A stretch of DNA of 64,000 nucleotides. Origin: Glycera tridactyla. Taxonomy: Eukaryota. The notes below the pieces were generated by a model, which had not been told where the DNA came from, made no database searches, and was given only the letters and a program-made list of their open reading frames with translations. The translations under genes and the position numbers were made by a program. The stretch lies in the NCBI GenBank assembly GCA_965644265.1, contig OZ286468.1, positions 20,584,001 through 20,648,000 on the forward strand. The letters run 5' to 3'. Positions 22,628-35,229 of this stretch are shown in pieces (within the stretch, counting starts at the first letter, position 1; each line of letters starts with the position of its first letter).

Positions 22628-25600
22628 GATGTCCCATACTGGTTGGAAACTACCATTATCTCTCAAGTCATTTCATGTTCGATTTATCCAGAAACATCAC
22701 GTATTCAGAACATTCATCGGCCCTATCTAACTATTTTTCATTATTTCACCATCTCTTGCAATGAAACATATCATATTTTGAAGGGCAGGGGTCATCACGC
22801 TGGAATTTTGTTATATGCTGATTTGTAGCATGAAACCTGAATGCAGATGTAAACATGGCCACATGGCAACTGAGATACCCTCCCACCTGTCAGGCGCTCT
22901 GATGATACCTTATACCACTCGGAATTTCACAAAACTCCACACACCCGTCTAAACTTGATGTTACTATGTGTCTGCCAAATTTCATGCGGATACTATGCAG
23001 ATACCTCCTCCAGAAAGGAATTTAGCGTAAGCACTCTTTTGTTTTTAACGCACTACTTGATCGTACAACATCGCGCTGATTGGTCTGATAGTGTTTTCAC
23101 GTCTACTGATAAACAGATGCAGCCGTGGTTATTCAGATCAGCGGTTCGGTACAACCACCGCGTCTACTCATTCCGCCATTCACCGGATACACAAACGCTG
23201 AGTAAGTATGGAGAGTGAATGATGGAGAGTGCATGAGTAGGGGAGAGTGAGAGTGAGAGAGAGAGAGAGAGAGAGAGAAAGGGGGGGGGCAAGAGAAAGG
23301 GATAGAGGGGAGGGCAGTATCTAAAATACTCGAAGTTTTGGAAGTAATTTCATGGGCAAAACCCTGGCAGAGATTCGATGTCATGTATGTCCATCTGGAT
23401 GGTTGCGGGGAAGGGGGGGGGGGGGGGGGTTGTGAATCAGATATTCTGTTATAGGCTCATAGGATCACGACATGAACACTTTTATGTCGATTTGTTCCGA
23501 GATCACCGTATGTGAATTTATGGAAATATGGCTACACTGGCCTTGCAAGGACCCAATCACGAAACTGCACAAGTGGTGCCCTTCATTCAATCAAGTACAT
23601 GTTTTCCTCATATACCTCTACATCTATTCATTTCCCCATTCGCCCATAGCATCCACCATTGTTTTAATTTGGTCATCTATTGAATTTCTTTCCCTCGTAC
23701 ATTCCTCTGCTCATATATCTATTCACTCATTTTTCAATTCTGTTCTTTTTTTCTTTCTTTATCCATTTATCTATTCAATCGTCTCACCATTTCATTTCAT
23801 TGATCCGCGCTTTTATTTATTCATTCTCCTCTTCATTTATGTATTCACTTGACATTGTATCAATTTAACATCCAATGATTTATATGCTCAGTCACCTTTC
23901 GATATGTTTTTCACTCATTGTTTGAATTATATCTATCACAAATATATCTCATTTTTTTCATTCATTCCTACACTCATTTATGTAGTTGTCCACACACGTA
24001 CATGTGGCATATTATGAACGAATATAAACAAGTACATGGATGGATGACAGTAATTCAGGATGTTCAACGAATTCAGAGACTGTAACCATTTTCAGATAGG
24101 TGAAAATGTTCAATTATGGATATTGAATATATATTTGCTGTTCAATATTGAAACATCTAAAATGTCTCCTCTCACTTTGCCTTTTCAATTTGTTCTTCTG
24201 TGTTTGTACTCGTGAGGGGAGATATGGTCCCGGTACCTCCCATATGAGGTCAATTGTTGATAAATAAATCAAAAAAGAAAGAAAAAAGTACATTCGAGTC
24301 AAAAACCATATCGGGACTTGAAGGAAAGGGTGAGAAGGGAGGGTGGAATCATGTAACAAAGAGCTGATGAGATAGGTTCCAATTGAGTTGGAGATGAGTC
24401 TAAAATTGTGAACAAGAGAGTGAGTGATACGAGGCCACTTTAACCACATCGCATTGAGATTTTGTACGCACTGTGTACTTCACGTGGACCACTGAAAGAA
24501 GAAATATGCCAATTTCATGACCTTGCTGTCAATTGTCGCTCATGAAAGTATACAAGAGACATAATCCTCCACAAATTACCAGATATGCCAAAAACAATTG
24601 ATGCAGTCGTTGTGGGTAAATGCGAGACAATTTAATATAACTGGATGACACAAATGTGATATATGAATTTCATGCCCCTCTGCTTCATTCACGTAAAATA
24701 CTGGGGAAATGCAGCAACAACTGGTTCGGATACTACCCATATTGGAATTACTTGAAAGTTCCGTTAGTTTTGACGTATTGCAAGACGGGTTTTAGGGCTG
24801 TGTTGACTGTGGGAAAATATCACCATTCTCTTCTTTACTCTTTCCAACAGTCTCTCTGCCTCTCCTCTCCCTATGCCCTTTTCATCCTCGTATACCATCT
24901 CCAGTGTATCTATTGGTCTGTGTTTCTCCTATCTCCCCCAGCCCTTTCTCCTCTTGTGCTCGACCTACTTTTCTTCGCTCTATTCCCTTCTCTTCCCCAC
25001 CTGTCGTTGACTTCTCTCAACATTCTCACTCACGCTTTTCTTCTCTTGGTTATTCACTTTCTCCTCGCTTTCATCTTTCTGATAATGGATAATCAATCAG
25101 AGATTTGAAGCAAGAATATTAATCTCTCATACTGGTTAACGCTGAAAAATGGTCATATTCCACCCAACATCTGGCAATAATCACTTCAGATTCGAAAGTC
25201 ATCAGCGGTCTAGTTATTGGCACCATCATGTATCGTGAATAGAGGTTTCAATTGCTTCAGGGAGAACATGGTCATACTCATATTTCGTGATCGTGATCGG
25301 TGTTTGTTTTCATGGCACGGCCATATGACCCCATTGAGGAATAACTTTCTTTTCAAATCTCCAGTTTGATGTACAGGAGTATGGATATATCATAGCGGTG
25401 AATATGTAGTAATTCATTCAGAGGGCCAGCCTGTGCAGCATACTCGAATTTCCTAGAATCCCTGGAGAGGTAAACACAAGAATTCCCAGAATTTTTGGGT
25501 TTTTTAATAACAGGCTCGACCTTTCAAGTATCAAATCACTTTGGGGTACTCACAAATCATGATCTTGATATCACTGAATCGAGTGTTTCAGTGTATTTTC

Positions 25601-25679
25601 TTTAATATTCTGCGAAAAAACTTACGATTCACAAGTGTTGTGAGGTTGAATGGCATATATATAAATATGTATATATTTT

Positions 25680-28105
25680 CAGGCAGAATCTCACAAAGGC
25701 TGAACGCCAATGTATCAGAGAGCTTAAATCTGACCCTTCAATTATCATCAAGAAGGCGGACAAGGGCTCTAGTATAGTCATCATGAATCGGGAAAACTAT
25801 CTCGGGGAGGGATACCATCAACTATCTGATGGTAAATTCTATGAGAAAACCATGGAAAACCTGACTGAGTTGCACAACAAAAGAGTAAAATCACAAAATG
25901 GTGAAATCGGCCCCTAGGCTGCAGAATACATAGTGTTCAGTGAACCGAGGACATCCCAGTTTTATCTTCTTCCGAAAATTCATAAGAAACTTGATAGTCC
26001 CCCTGGACGCCCAATAGTTTCGGCTAATGAATGCCCCATGAAGAGAATTTCAGCATTTGTAGATTTTTTCTTAAATCCATTTTGCTGAAAATTAAGTCTT
26101 TCCTCAGGGACACCACTGACTTCCTTCTGGAAATAGATTATATAGGAGAAGTCCCGGCTGGTAGCATCTTGGCAACTCTGGATGTAACCAGCCTTTATAC
26201 CAATATCTCAACTGACAAAGGAATTGAGAGTGTTCGCAGGTTTCTGTCCATCCACAGGAGTACCCCAGGTAACCCGTCTAATGACTCTTTGTGCCGCCTC
26301 CTGGAAACCACATTGAAGTGTAATAATTTCCAGTTCAATGAAGAGAATTTCTTACAGGTGGGGGGCACAGCAATGGGCACCAGAGTGGCACCAAGCCTTG
26401 CGAATATTTTCATGGCAGATTTTGAGGAACATCATGTAAACTCACCAAAATCACAACCAATATTCTACAAAAAGTTTTTGGATGACATAATCATGAACTG
26501 GACCAAAGGGGCGGACGAATTGGACAAACTTGTCAGCTCACTCCATCAAATTCACATTGGAACAATCAACCGCCAATGTGAATTTTCTAGATACCATACT
26601 ACACCTGGACCCGGATGGAACACTTTGGACTGATCTGTATTGCAAACCTACAGACAGCCACTCATACCTGCACTACACATCTGCACACCCACGACACAAA
26701 GAAATGGGGGTACCTCATAGCCAGCTGCTGCAGGTTAGATGCATTTGCACTAGAAATAGTGATTTTGTCAAACATAGCACAGTTCTGATGTGTCATTTCA
26801 TGAGGAGAGGCTTTCAATTGGATATTCTCAAAGAGGCTTTCATGAAAACTCCTTGGAAGGACCAGATGGACCTCCCCAATGAGCACCGGTTGAAGAGTCT
26901 AGATACAAGGTCAAATACAGATGAATCAGATATCTTTCTGATTTTGACCTTCAACCCCAACTCAACATCTATACAGAGTCTGATCAGATCACAGTGGGAC
27001 CTTCTAAAAAGAGCCACCACAACCAAGCTCTTAGCAGAGACCAGGGTTATATTTGGTCACAGACAGGCACCAAATTTGAGGGATCTTTCAGTAAGAGCAA
27101 AGCTACCACAAATCTGTCCAGAAAAGGGGAAACATCCATGTAGCAAACACATCAATAAATGTAGCAACATAAAGTGTAGATTTTGCCCACTTTTAGACAA
27201 AACAGGTAGAATCACAAGTACCACCACTGGACGGGAATATGATGCCAAACGGAATATTACATGTCAAAGCAGTAATCTCATTTACTGTATTACATGTAAA
27301 ACATGCTCCAAACAGTATGTAGGGCAAACTGGGAACAGCATACATCAACGTTTTGGAGCACACTCAGGGGCCATAGGCAGGAAAAGTATGGCAGAAGATG
27401 TCAGCCTCAGAGACATGAAGATTCATGTAGTAGACTTTTTTTTTGTCCAAAAAGGGAACATAGTGTCACTCTGAGACTCCAAATAGAATTTAATTGGATC
27501 CACAGATTGAGGACCATGCTCCCACTTGGGCTCAACACCAAGGATAGAACCCCTCTTGAAAAAGGATGTCAAAATTAGAGGTTCTACCGGGAAAATGGGA
27601 AAATAAAAACAAAAGGGCAACCAAAATAAATTCTATGTGTCACCCTTTGAGCCCACCCAGGGATCACCCAGCCCTCCAGGGGACACCCACAGAAATGAAA
27701 TACTCATCATGATGACTTAGACTTGTAGGTGTGATCTGGTCATGCCACTTGCCTCATCACGTAATTCCTATAAATATTGACATGCCCACCATACACACCT
27801 TCATGATCAAGGCATCAATCTCCCCTGGCTGCCTGTACACCTACATTGGAATCCATAGAAAATGGTGATACAGGCACTCTCCACGGACATCATGCATTGA
27901 GAAACCAGTGTCATATACACAGTAGATCACCCCCTGAGAAGACTTTTCAGGTCAGAAAGTAACTAATTTTCAAACCTTTGGCCATCTGCTAGAATATCTG
28001 AGAAGAATAAATTATTCCATGATCCTGATATATTATCTAGCAGATTTGAATGATTCAATTCATTATGGCAACTGATGAGGCCTATATGGCTGGAACTCGG
28101 ATTAG
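25680..28105 (+). mobile_element. Penelope-like retroelement (RT + GIY-YIG, Neptune-type), 5'-truncated and frameshifted
   Basis: Motifs KKADKG, LLPKIHK, GRPIVS, LDVTSLYTNI, GTAMGT, FLDD, KPTDSHSYLHY, Cys-rich linker CSNIKCRFCP, LIYCITC..CSKQYVGQT, WIHRL.T..P.GLN. TAG at about 25915 and several frameshifts. Confidence 0.92.
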
Positions 28106-28106
28106 C
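28067..28106 (+). ncRNA. Degenerate hammerhead ribozyme motif at the 3' end of the Penelope-like element
   Basis: CTGATGA-GGCC(tatat)GGCT-GGAAC-tcg-G. GAAA has changed to GGAA and the cleavage-site U is missing, so it is likely inactive. Confidence 0.5.
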
Positions 28107-28310
28107 TAGAACCTGTTGCATACCTCAGGATCTGGTAAAGCAGTTGTGCCCACAAAATGGGCAGGGCCATCTGCTGGGATGTCAAATAGCGTTCAGTTGC
28201 ATAAGGATCCACTAGATGGCGTCGAAAATTGTTTTGCCCACAAAATGGGCAGGGCCATCTGCTGGGATGTCGAGTAGCATTCAGTTGCATAAGGATCCAC
28301 TAGATGTTTT
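28105..28310. repeat. Tandem duplication of about 89 bp just after the Penelope element
   Basis: gcccacaaaatgggcagggccatctgctgggatgtc...cagttgcataaggatccactagatg occurs twice. Confidence 0.85.
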
Positions 28311-28329
28311 GACGCCACTGCCGAGCGAC

Positions 28330-30130
28330 AAAATGCGACATCGTCTATGACTTCATGACATCTGTAGGCAGATATCATGACTGATCGAAGGCGGTCACAT
28401 TCGGGAGATTCTTGGAAGTGCATCCCACCCCAGTTACTGGCCTACATGCCACCATATATTCGGTCTGATGCCACATCACTAAGAAGGCCACACTTGGATT
28501 GTCCAGATGATCTTGCGAATATATAAGGGAACACTACAGATGTACTACACATGCTCCATTCTCCCCACTATCTGAGATTGTCGATGCATCTTAGGACCCT
28601 GATGTCCTCAGTGACACATGCCTGATATCGGGTGTTAACTTTGATCAACGGTATGTGTATATGATATTTTCTGAGATTCATTTTAAGTTTATGGCATGAA
28701 TTAACCTCGAAGTACGCACAGTGATGTGTCGACAGTTACTATCTCGTTGATGAGACGGGGAAGATGACTGTTTATCCAGAGTTGGTAATGAATCCAAAAG
28801 AATCTGGAAGGAGATCAAGCCACTCTCACGGAAGGCACCAGTTGTTCCCACAGTTGCTCTTGTTATTGACAATTGAGATATGTATTCTATCGCGGATAGA
28901 ACACATACGGAATTCGGGTCCAAATTGGCACAGGACATTGAATCACAGAACAAAACATTGCAGATCCAGTCCTCGATATGCTGAAGGATATTGACGCCGG
29001 ATTACTGAAAGAGCGACGTGATTGATTTCCATCGACCCTGATTACTGTTTCAGATGTTCATAAATGTATACTGGCATTCAGCAATACGTCGGCAGCGGGC
29101 CTAGACGATAACACTTTTTATTCTCTAAAGATATCTATACAAGTGATACGTCTTATTTTACCTGTTATCTACAACAAGTTGGTTGCCCAATCTATTTTCC
29201 CTAGCTGCTGGAAAGAGGCACTTTCGACTGTTATGAAGAAAGAAGGACCTTTTAATGACTTCGGGAATTTCAGGCCCATTATCTGTGATAAGGAAAGTGA
29301 TGGAGCGATCATTTCATGAACAGATTACCACCTATGTCAATGACAATAACATTTTCAACCCTGCCCAATTCGTGTTCAGGAAGGGCTACTCCACTGGCAC
29401 GTGCCTCCCCAGCCTCCTGGATAAGATTTACCAGGCGGCTGATGGGTGGGAGGGGGGGGGGGGGGCTAGTGGTGTGCTCTTCCCGAACCTGAAAAATGCG
29501 TTTGATACTGTCGACCCCCATCTTTGAGTGGAACAACTAAGATGACTAGGCTTCAACCGGGATAGTGTGACTTGAATGTACTACTCCTTTCTTGTACGCC
29601 AATGATACAGCCCGTCTCGTGACAGGGAGGGACATACAGGAAATAGGAGTAAATTGAATTTAGATTTAATGTCGATCTCCAGTTGGTTCAAGCGACACAA
29701 GCTCACATTAAACTTGAATAAGTCTAATTGTAAGGGACTGAAGAAAGTCTAATTCAGTATCAGGCATTGAGAGTAATGTACAATAACCGACAGGCTGAAC
29801 AAGTCGATGAGGTCAGATACCTTGGCATCCAACTTGATCTCACTTTAACGTTCCGTCTTCATATTGCCTCCGCAAAGTGAATCTCAGAAAAAAGGGCACT
29901 ATATTATCTGCGCTCTTCGAAAGATAGGAAAGTTGCTCTCTTCTCATCTGAAAGCCCGATTGACCATCAAGCATAGTTATGATGCCTGCTGTGAGACACT
30001 GAGAAACAGACTATAGGTGTCTCAGAACAGGTGTCTCAGTGTGATCTGTGAGTCTGATTGGGACTCTTCGGCTCATGATGTGGGGGGGGGGGGGTTATTC
30101 ATTGGAATGACTCAACTGTCGCAGTGAGGC
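28330..30130 (+). mobile_element. Decayed CR1/L2-type LINE
   Basis: Remnants KVMER, QFVFRKGYSTGT, LKNAFDTVD, LYANDTA, YLGIQLD spread across frames. Confidence 0.75.
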
Positions 30131-30399
30131 AAGCTGAGTTCTCAGGGGCACTTGAGAAGATGTTACGAAAAGGTCCAGCCACAGGCCGTAGATACATGTA
30201 GATAGTAGCAACGGTCTCGGGAAGGGAAACTTAGATCGAAATATGATCTTTTGTAAATATCATTGTAATCCTGGTATTATGTGTATTTGGGAATTTATAA
30301 TTTGTTTGCATATGCATGCAACACGACCATTTTAGGTCACATGTGAATTAGTATATCAACGTCGGAGATGACGAGAAAGATGAAAACCATCAAGAATGT

Positions 30400-30940
30400 G
30401 ACAATGAAGACGGTGACAGTGATTGAGATCATGCTGCTGCTGCTGCTGCTGATGATGATGATAATGTGGCAAAGGAGGTAGAGGAGAGGGGGGGGGGGGG
30501 GATTACGGTATTAGGGAAGTAGAAGTTGTAGAAGAACAAGTAGGAGCAGTAGGAAGAGGAAGAGCAGAAGGAGGAGGAAGAGGAGGAGGAGGAGGTTCGT
30601 TGTTTGGTTCTTGCAGAACATGTTAGCTCCATTTGTGCTATATCGTGACACCCAATGCAATAGGCACGACTGCGATCATTCAAGACCTTCTTATGAGGAA
30701 GAAGGGGGGTGGGGGAGACAACGACGGAGGAAAAGGGGGATGGCAAATGTGGTGATGATGATGTGGATGGTGGTGGTCGTGATGGTGGTGGTGACAGTAT
30801 TTATTGCGATGCTGATAATAGTGGTGTTGGTGGTGTTGGTGGTGTTAGTGGTGGTGGTAATGATGGTGTTTGCAGCAGAAACGTTGATGGTTGGTATGAC
30901 AGCGATGGTAACAACACTGTAATAATAATGTCTGGTTGCT
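30400..30940. repeat. Mixed trinucleotide low-complexity tract (GAT/GAG/GGT)
   Basis: Direct inspection. Confidence 0.85.
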
Positions 30941-32629
30941 GGTCTGACATTCAGCGACTCGCCTCTCGAATGCCATGCCCTGGCCTGGTTACGAGCGTTA
31001 TTCAACTCGGTCGACAATAAGACAGAATGCACTGCAACGGACGAGTTAGCAGACCATTACGTCCCGCTCACCGACCTGCTCATTCATTCAGGCCGTAGCT
31101 GCCAGCCTGAAGAGCGACTGATCTGAGCAGCAAATCCCAGGCGGATGAAACCATGAATACAACCACGGGGTACACTCCTCAATATTGCTGTTATCAACAC
31201 TATCTCATCTCGGTGGATGTAACCACCGACAAAACCATGAGGCCTAGATCTACTTTTTCAAAGTTCCGTCTCGAATGGAGGGATATGACAAAGCGCTGCC
31301 ATGGGAAGAGTCCTTGCATACTTTGCCGCTCCCACCCTACGAAACTCAAATTATGACATAACAAGGCAATCAAACCAAGAACGTACATTGGATGTGATAT
31401 ACGTCCTTGGAGAAAACATAAAAAAACGTTTACTGAGTGGGCGGAACGGTCCGTAGTGATCATGATGAGTGATAAACAAGAGTTTGTGTCTGAATTGACA
31501 TAGCTGCTGCTCCCGCATGACCTAGTTTGAATTCACCGAACCCGACAAATAACTGCTGCGAGGTGGCAGTCACAGTTGACTCGGCACTTGACATTTTTAT
31601 CAGGAGTGACCCCGATGATGGTATCGCGTCGGCGAGAACACAAAACCACGAGTAATAACCACCGCGGCTTTTACGTTTCGGAGTGAAGATTCATTGGAAA
31701 ATACCCTTTACAAAGGCCAAAAATTCGGGACATGCAGGTAAGGAACCGTGTGACATATGTCACATACCAACCATGATATCAGAATAGTCATTTGACGTCT
31801 ATAAACATTGTGAAGTTGCTATACGTTTCGCGTTCGTGATCGCGCCCACATATGCACGGGTTTGACCCTCTCCACCCTGACTCATAGAGATACCCACGTC
31901 AAATCTCAATTCAGATATATCAAACTAAGCTGTGTTTGTATGGTGAGTGATACTGATTTTGCCTAAATGCAGAGAGTTCATAGGAACCACGATGAGATTA
32001 TTCACTTCATCGTCTGAATATGCACTTTGTTCGCCATATACGGACTTCGCAGTTATGATATGTCACATAGTTATGATATGTCATATACAGGATAAAGGAT
32101 TTCTAGCGAAACCAATCTGCGAAAAAGGCAACCCATCGGTCTGATACAATATGATGTCGGATTTAACCTATTTTTTTTAATTCGGTCTTTCCACCCCTGA
32201 TTCTATCTAGCAGTACATGGATATTACCTACCCTGGGCATGTTCAGGACTATTTGTGCACGCAGTATCAATGAATAAATCAGCCGTCCTGATTCCTGCCG
32301 AATGGGGTTCGAACGAGGACCGGAATAGCTAGTGGCTGTCTCTTCACCATCGCCGATTATTGTTGTCCGTACGCCTCTCCATTATGTGGAAATTCAAAGA
32401 TAGCTGGTTGACTGTTTTAGGGAATGAGACAGAAATTGAACCTACAAGTACCTGACATTATCGTGGATCAGGGTGGCATCTGGCAGGCAGATTCATAACA
32501 TTACCTGCCCTATCGATAAATCAACCTACCTGTGCCAGTAGGGCGACCCTTAGCCTAGAGCCCTGTAAAGAGGTAGGTCAGCCACCCAATCTTCTCGACT
32601 GAGCTACATGCTCCCTCCCCTTGGGTATG

Positions 32630-33047
32630 AACAGGGAAAACGAAGAGCGAAAGTTAGTAATAACAGGGAAAACAAAAAGGGAAGGTTAGTAATAACAGGG
32701 AAAACGAATCGGGAAGGTCAGTAATAACAGGGAAAACGAAGAGGGAAGGTTAGTAATAACAGGGAAAACAGAAAGGGAAGGTTAGTAATAACAGGGAAAA
32801 CGAATAGGGAAGGTCAGTAATAACAGGGAAAACGAAGAGGGAAGGTTAGTGATAACAGGGAAAACAGAAAGGGAAGGTTAGTAATAACAGGGAAAACGAA
32901 TAGGGAAGGTCAGTAATAACAGGGAAAACGAAGAGGGAAGGTTAGTAATAACAGGGAAAACGAAGAGGGAAGGTTAGTAATAACAGGGAAAACGAATAGG
33001 GAAGGTTAGTAATAACAGGGAATACGAAGAGGGAAGATTAGTAATAA
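32630..33047. repeat. 32-bp minisatellite, about 13 copies
   Basis: aacagggaaaacgaagagggaaggttagtaat with period 32 (32630, 32662, ...). Confidence 0.95.
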
Positions 33048-33399
33048 AAGAGAGTATTGATAACAAAAGCCGAAAACCGGAATCCGTACAAGATCAGTCA
33101 AATGATGAGAGTCGCATCAACCAAAAAGACACTTTGAGAAACTTATGCACCAAGCTCCGGGCATCCCTACCAATGTCTTCAGTGAGATGATCCAATATGG
33201 GAAGGCTTTAAAAGAATAATCTGAAATAAAGAAGCACTCAAATGTAGCTATAGTATCAAGTGGAATGGTTTACAAGGTGACTAAATGAAGTCAACAAAAG
33301 TATCTTGAAAGCAGGGAAGCAATCGGATTGAGTGTAGGATGGTCTGTCTTTCGATTGAAACTAGGCTTGAAATGGTAAACAGCAAGTGGATGGACATAT

Positions 33400-34049
33400 G
33401 GAATTAGTTGGAGGGGTAGATTGCTGTGTAGGTAGGTGATAGGGTTGGTGAGTGCTTTTGTCGATGAGTAGTATTGGGTAGGTGGGTGGATGATCAAAGC
33501 TGATCGGTTGGTGGTTGGGTCGGTCTGATGGCGGCTGGTGAGTGGCTAGGTGGGTTGGTGGAGGAGTCGATGGGTAGATTGGTGGGTAGGAAGGTAGGTG
33601 GGTGGGTGAGTCAGTGTGTAGGTGGGTTGGAGAGTCGGTAGGTGGGTGGGTGGGTGAGATGTGGATTAAGTGTTTAGGGGAGTGGTCGGGTAGGTCGGTG
33701 GTTGAATGGGTTGGCAGGTTAGTGTGTAGGTGGGTTGATAGTCGGGTGGATGAATAGGTGGACAGGTTGACAGGGTTGGGTGAATGACTGCATAAGTTGG
33801 TGGATGGATGTTTGGGTAGGTGGGTGGGTGAATAGGTGGTTAGGTTTATAGGTGGATAGTGGACAGGTACTTTGCAGGGTGTTGGATGGGTTGGCAGGTG
33901 GGTAGGTCAATTGGTGAGTGTATTGGTAAGTTTGGAGGGTTAGGGGTTGGGATTGGGAGTAAAGGTAAGTGGGTAGGTCGTTGGGTTGATGGGTTGGTGG
34001 GTGGTCAAATTGGTGGATGGATTAGAAGATGGGTAGATGTGTAGGTTGG

Positions 34050-34132
<83 letters not shown>

Positions 34133-35200
34133 ATGGGTAGGCGGTTGGGTGGGAAGGGGCGGGTAAGTGGGTGCATGGGTGCGACGGCAGGTTCATGGAT
34201 AGATGTTTGAGTAAGATGATGGGTAGATTGGTAGGTTGATGGGTAGGTGAACAGGTATGTGGGTGGTTGAATGAGTGGATTGGTGAGTTAGCAGTGAGGG
34301 GAATGGTAAGTAGTGGATAAGTAGGTTGGCTTGTGGGTGGTCAAGTCAAAGGGTAGTTGGGTGGGTCGGTTGATTGACAAGGTACTTGGGGTGGGTAGGT
34401 GATTGGGTGGATAGGTGGGTGGGTGGGTTGGTAAGTACATTTGTCGATGGTCAGTGGTGGATAGGTGGGTGGATGTTCAGGGGAGGGTGAATGGATGGGT
34501 GGGTCTGTTGGTGGGCGGACTGGTGAGTGGTTAGGTAGGTTGGTTGATAGATGCGTAATTGAAGGGTAGGTGGGGAAGGTTGAGGTATGGGTTGGTGGGT
34601 TGGTATATAGGTTGATCGAGGAGTGTTTGGGTAGATCGGTGGGTAGTAGGAAGGTAGGTGGGTGGATGAGCGATCGGGTAGGTGGGTTGGGGAGTAGGTA
34701 GGTACGTAGGTGGGTGGATGAGTGAGATATGGTCAAGTGTTCAGGCGAGTGAATGGGTAGGTGGGTAGTCAAGTTTGTTGGAAGGTTGGTCTGTAGGTGG
34801 GTTTGTAGTCGGGTGGATGGATAGGTGGACGGGTGAATAGGCAGCTAGGGCAGGACGGTAAGTAGACGGGTTGGTGGGTGGTCAAATTGGTGGATGGGTG
34901 AGTGGGTGGGTAGATGGGTGGGTGGGAAGGAAGGTGGGTATTTGTGTGTGGATGGATAGGGTGGGCAGGGGATGGGTGAGTGGGTGCATTGGTGGGTCGT
35001 TAGGTTCGTGGATGGATGTTCAGGTAGGTAGATTGGTAGATTGGTAGGTTTGTGGGTAGGTTGACAGGTGAGTGGGTGGGTCGATAGGTGGACACGTGAG
35101 TTGTTAGGTGGATGAGTGGATTGGTTGGTAGAGGATGATAAGTCGGGTCGGTGAGTGGGTAGGTCGGAGTGTCGGTGGGTAGGTTGATGGGTGATGTACT
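33400..35200. repeat. GGTG/GGTA-rich low-complexity tract with (GT)n at about 34052-34130
   Basis: Direct inspection; strong G/T strand bias. Confidence 0.9.
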
Positions 35201-35229
35201 CAGTTAGAGAGAGATGGGGTCATGAAAAA

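Larger units (their letters stand above)
20332..25247 (-). pseudogene. Probable decayed multi-exon gene with cNMP-binding-like motifs, convergent with the DEG/ENaC gene
   Basis: Eight exon-like segments with GT-AG ends join in phase if one 1-bp frameshift (about 22783) and one TGA (21835-21837) are allowed. Motif LFGPGDY resembles the CNBD phosphate-binding approach. Family assignment is inference. Confidence 0.45.

Noticed and set aside
32420-32620. tRNA gene or tRNA-derived SINE on the minus strand (also about 20150 and 63110)
   Set aside because: Only an A-box-like tagctcagtcg is present; no cloverleaf or convincing B box, and similarity between the sites is weak.
32630-33047. CRISPR-like array (32-bp repeats)
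   Set aside because: Head-to-tail repeats with no unique spacers, no cas genes, and a eukaryotic context.
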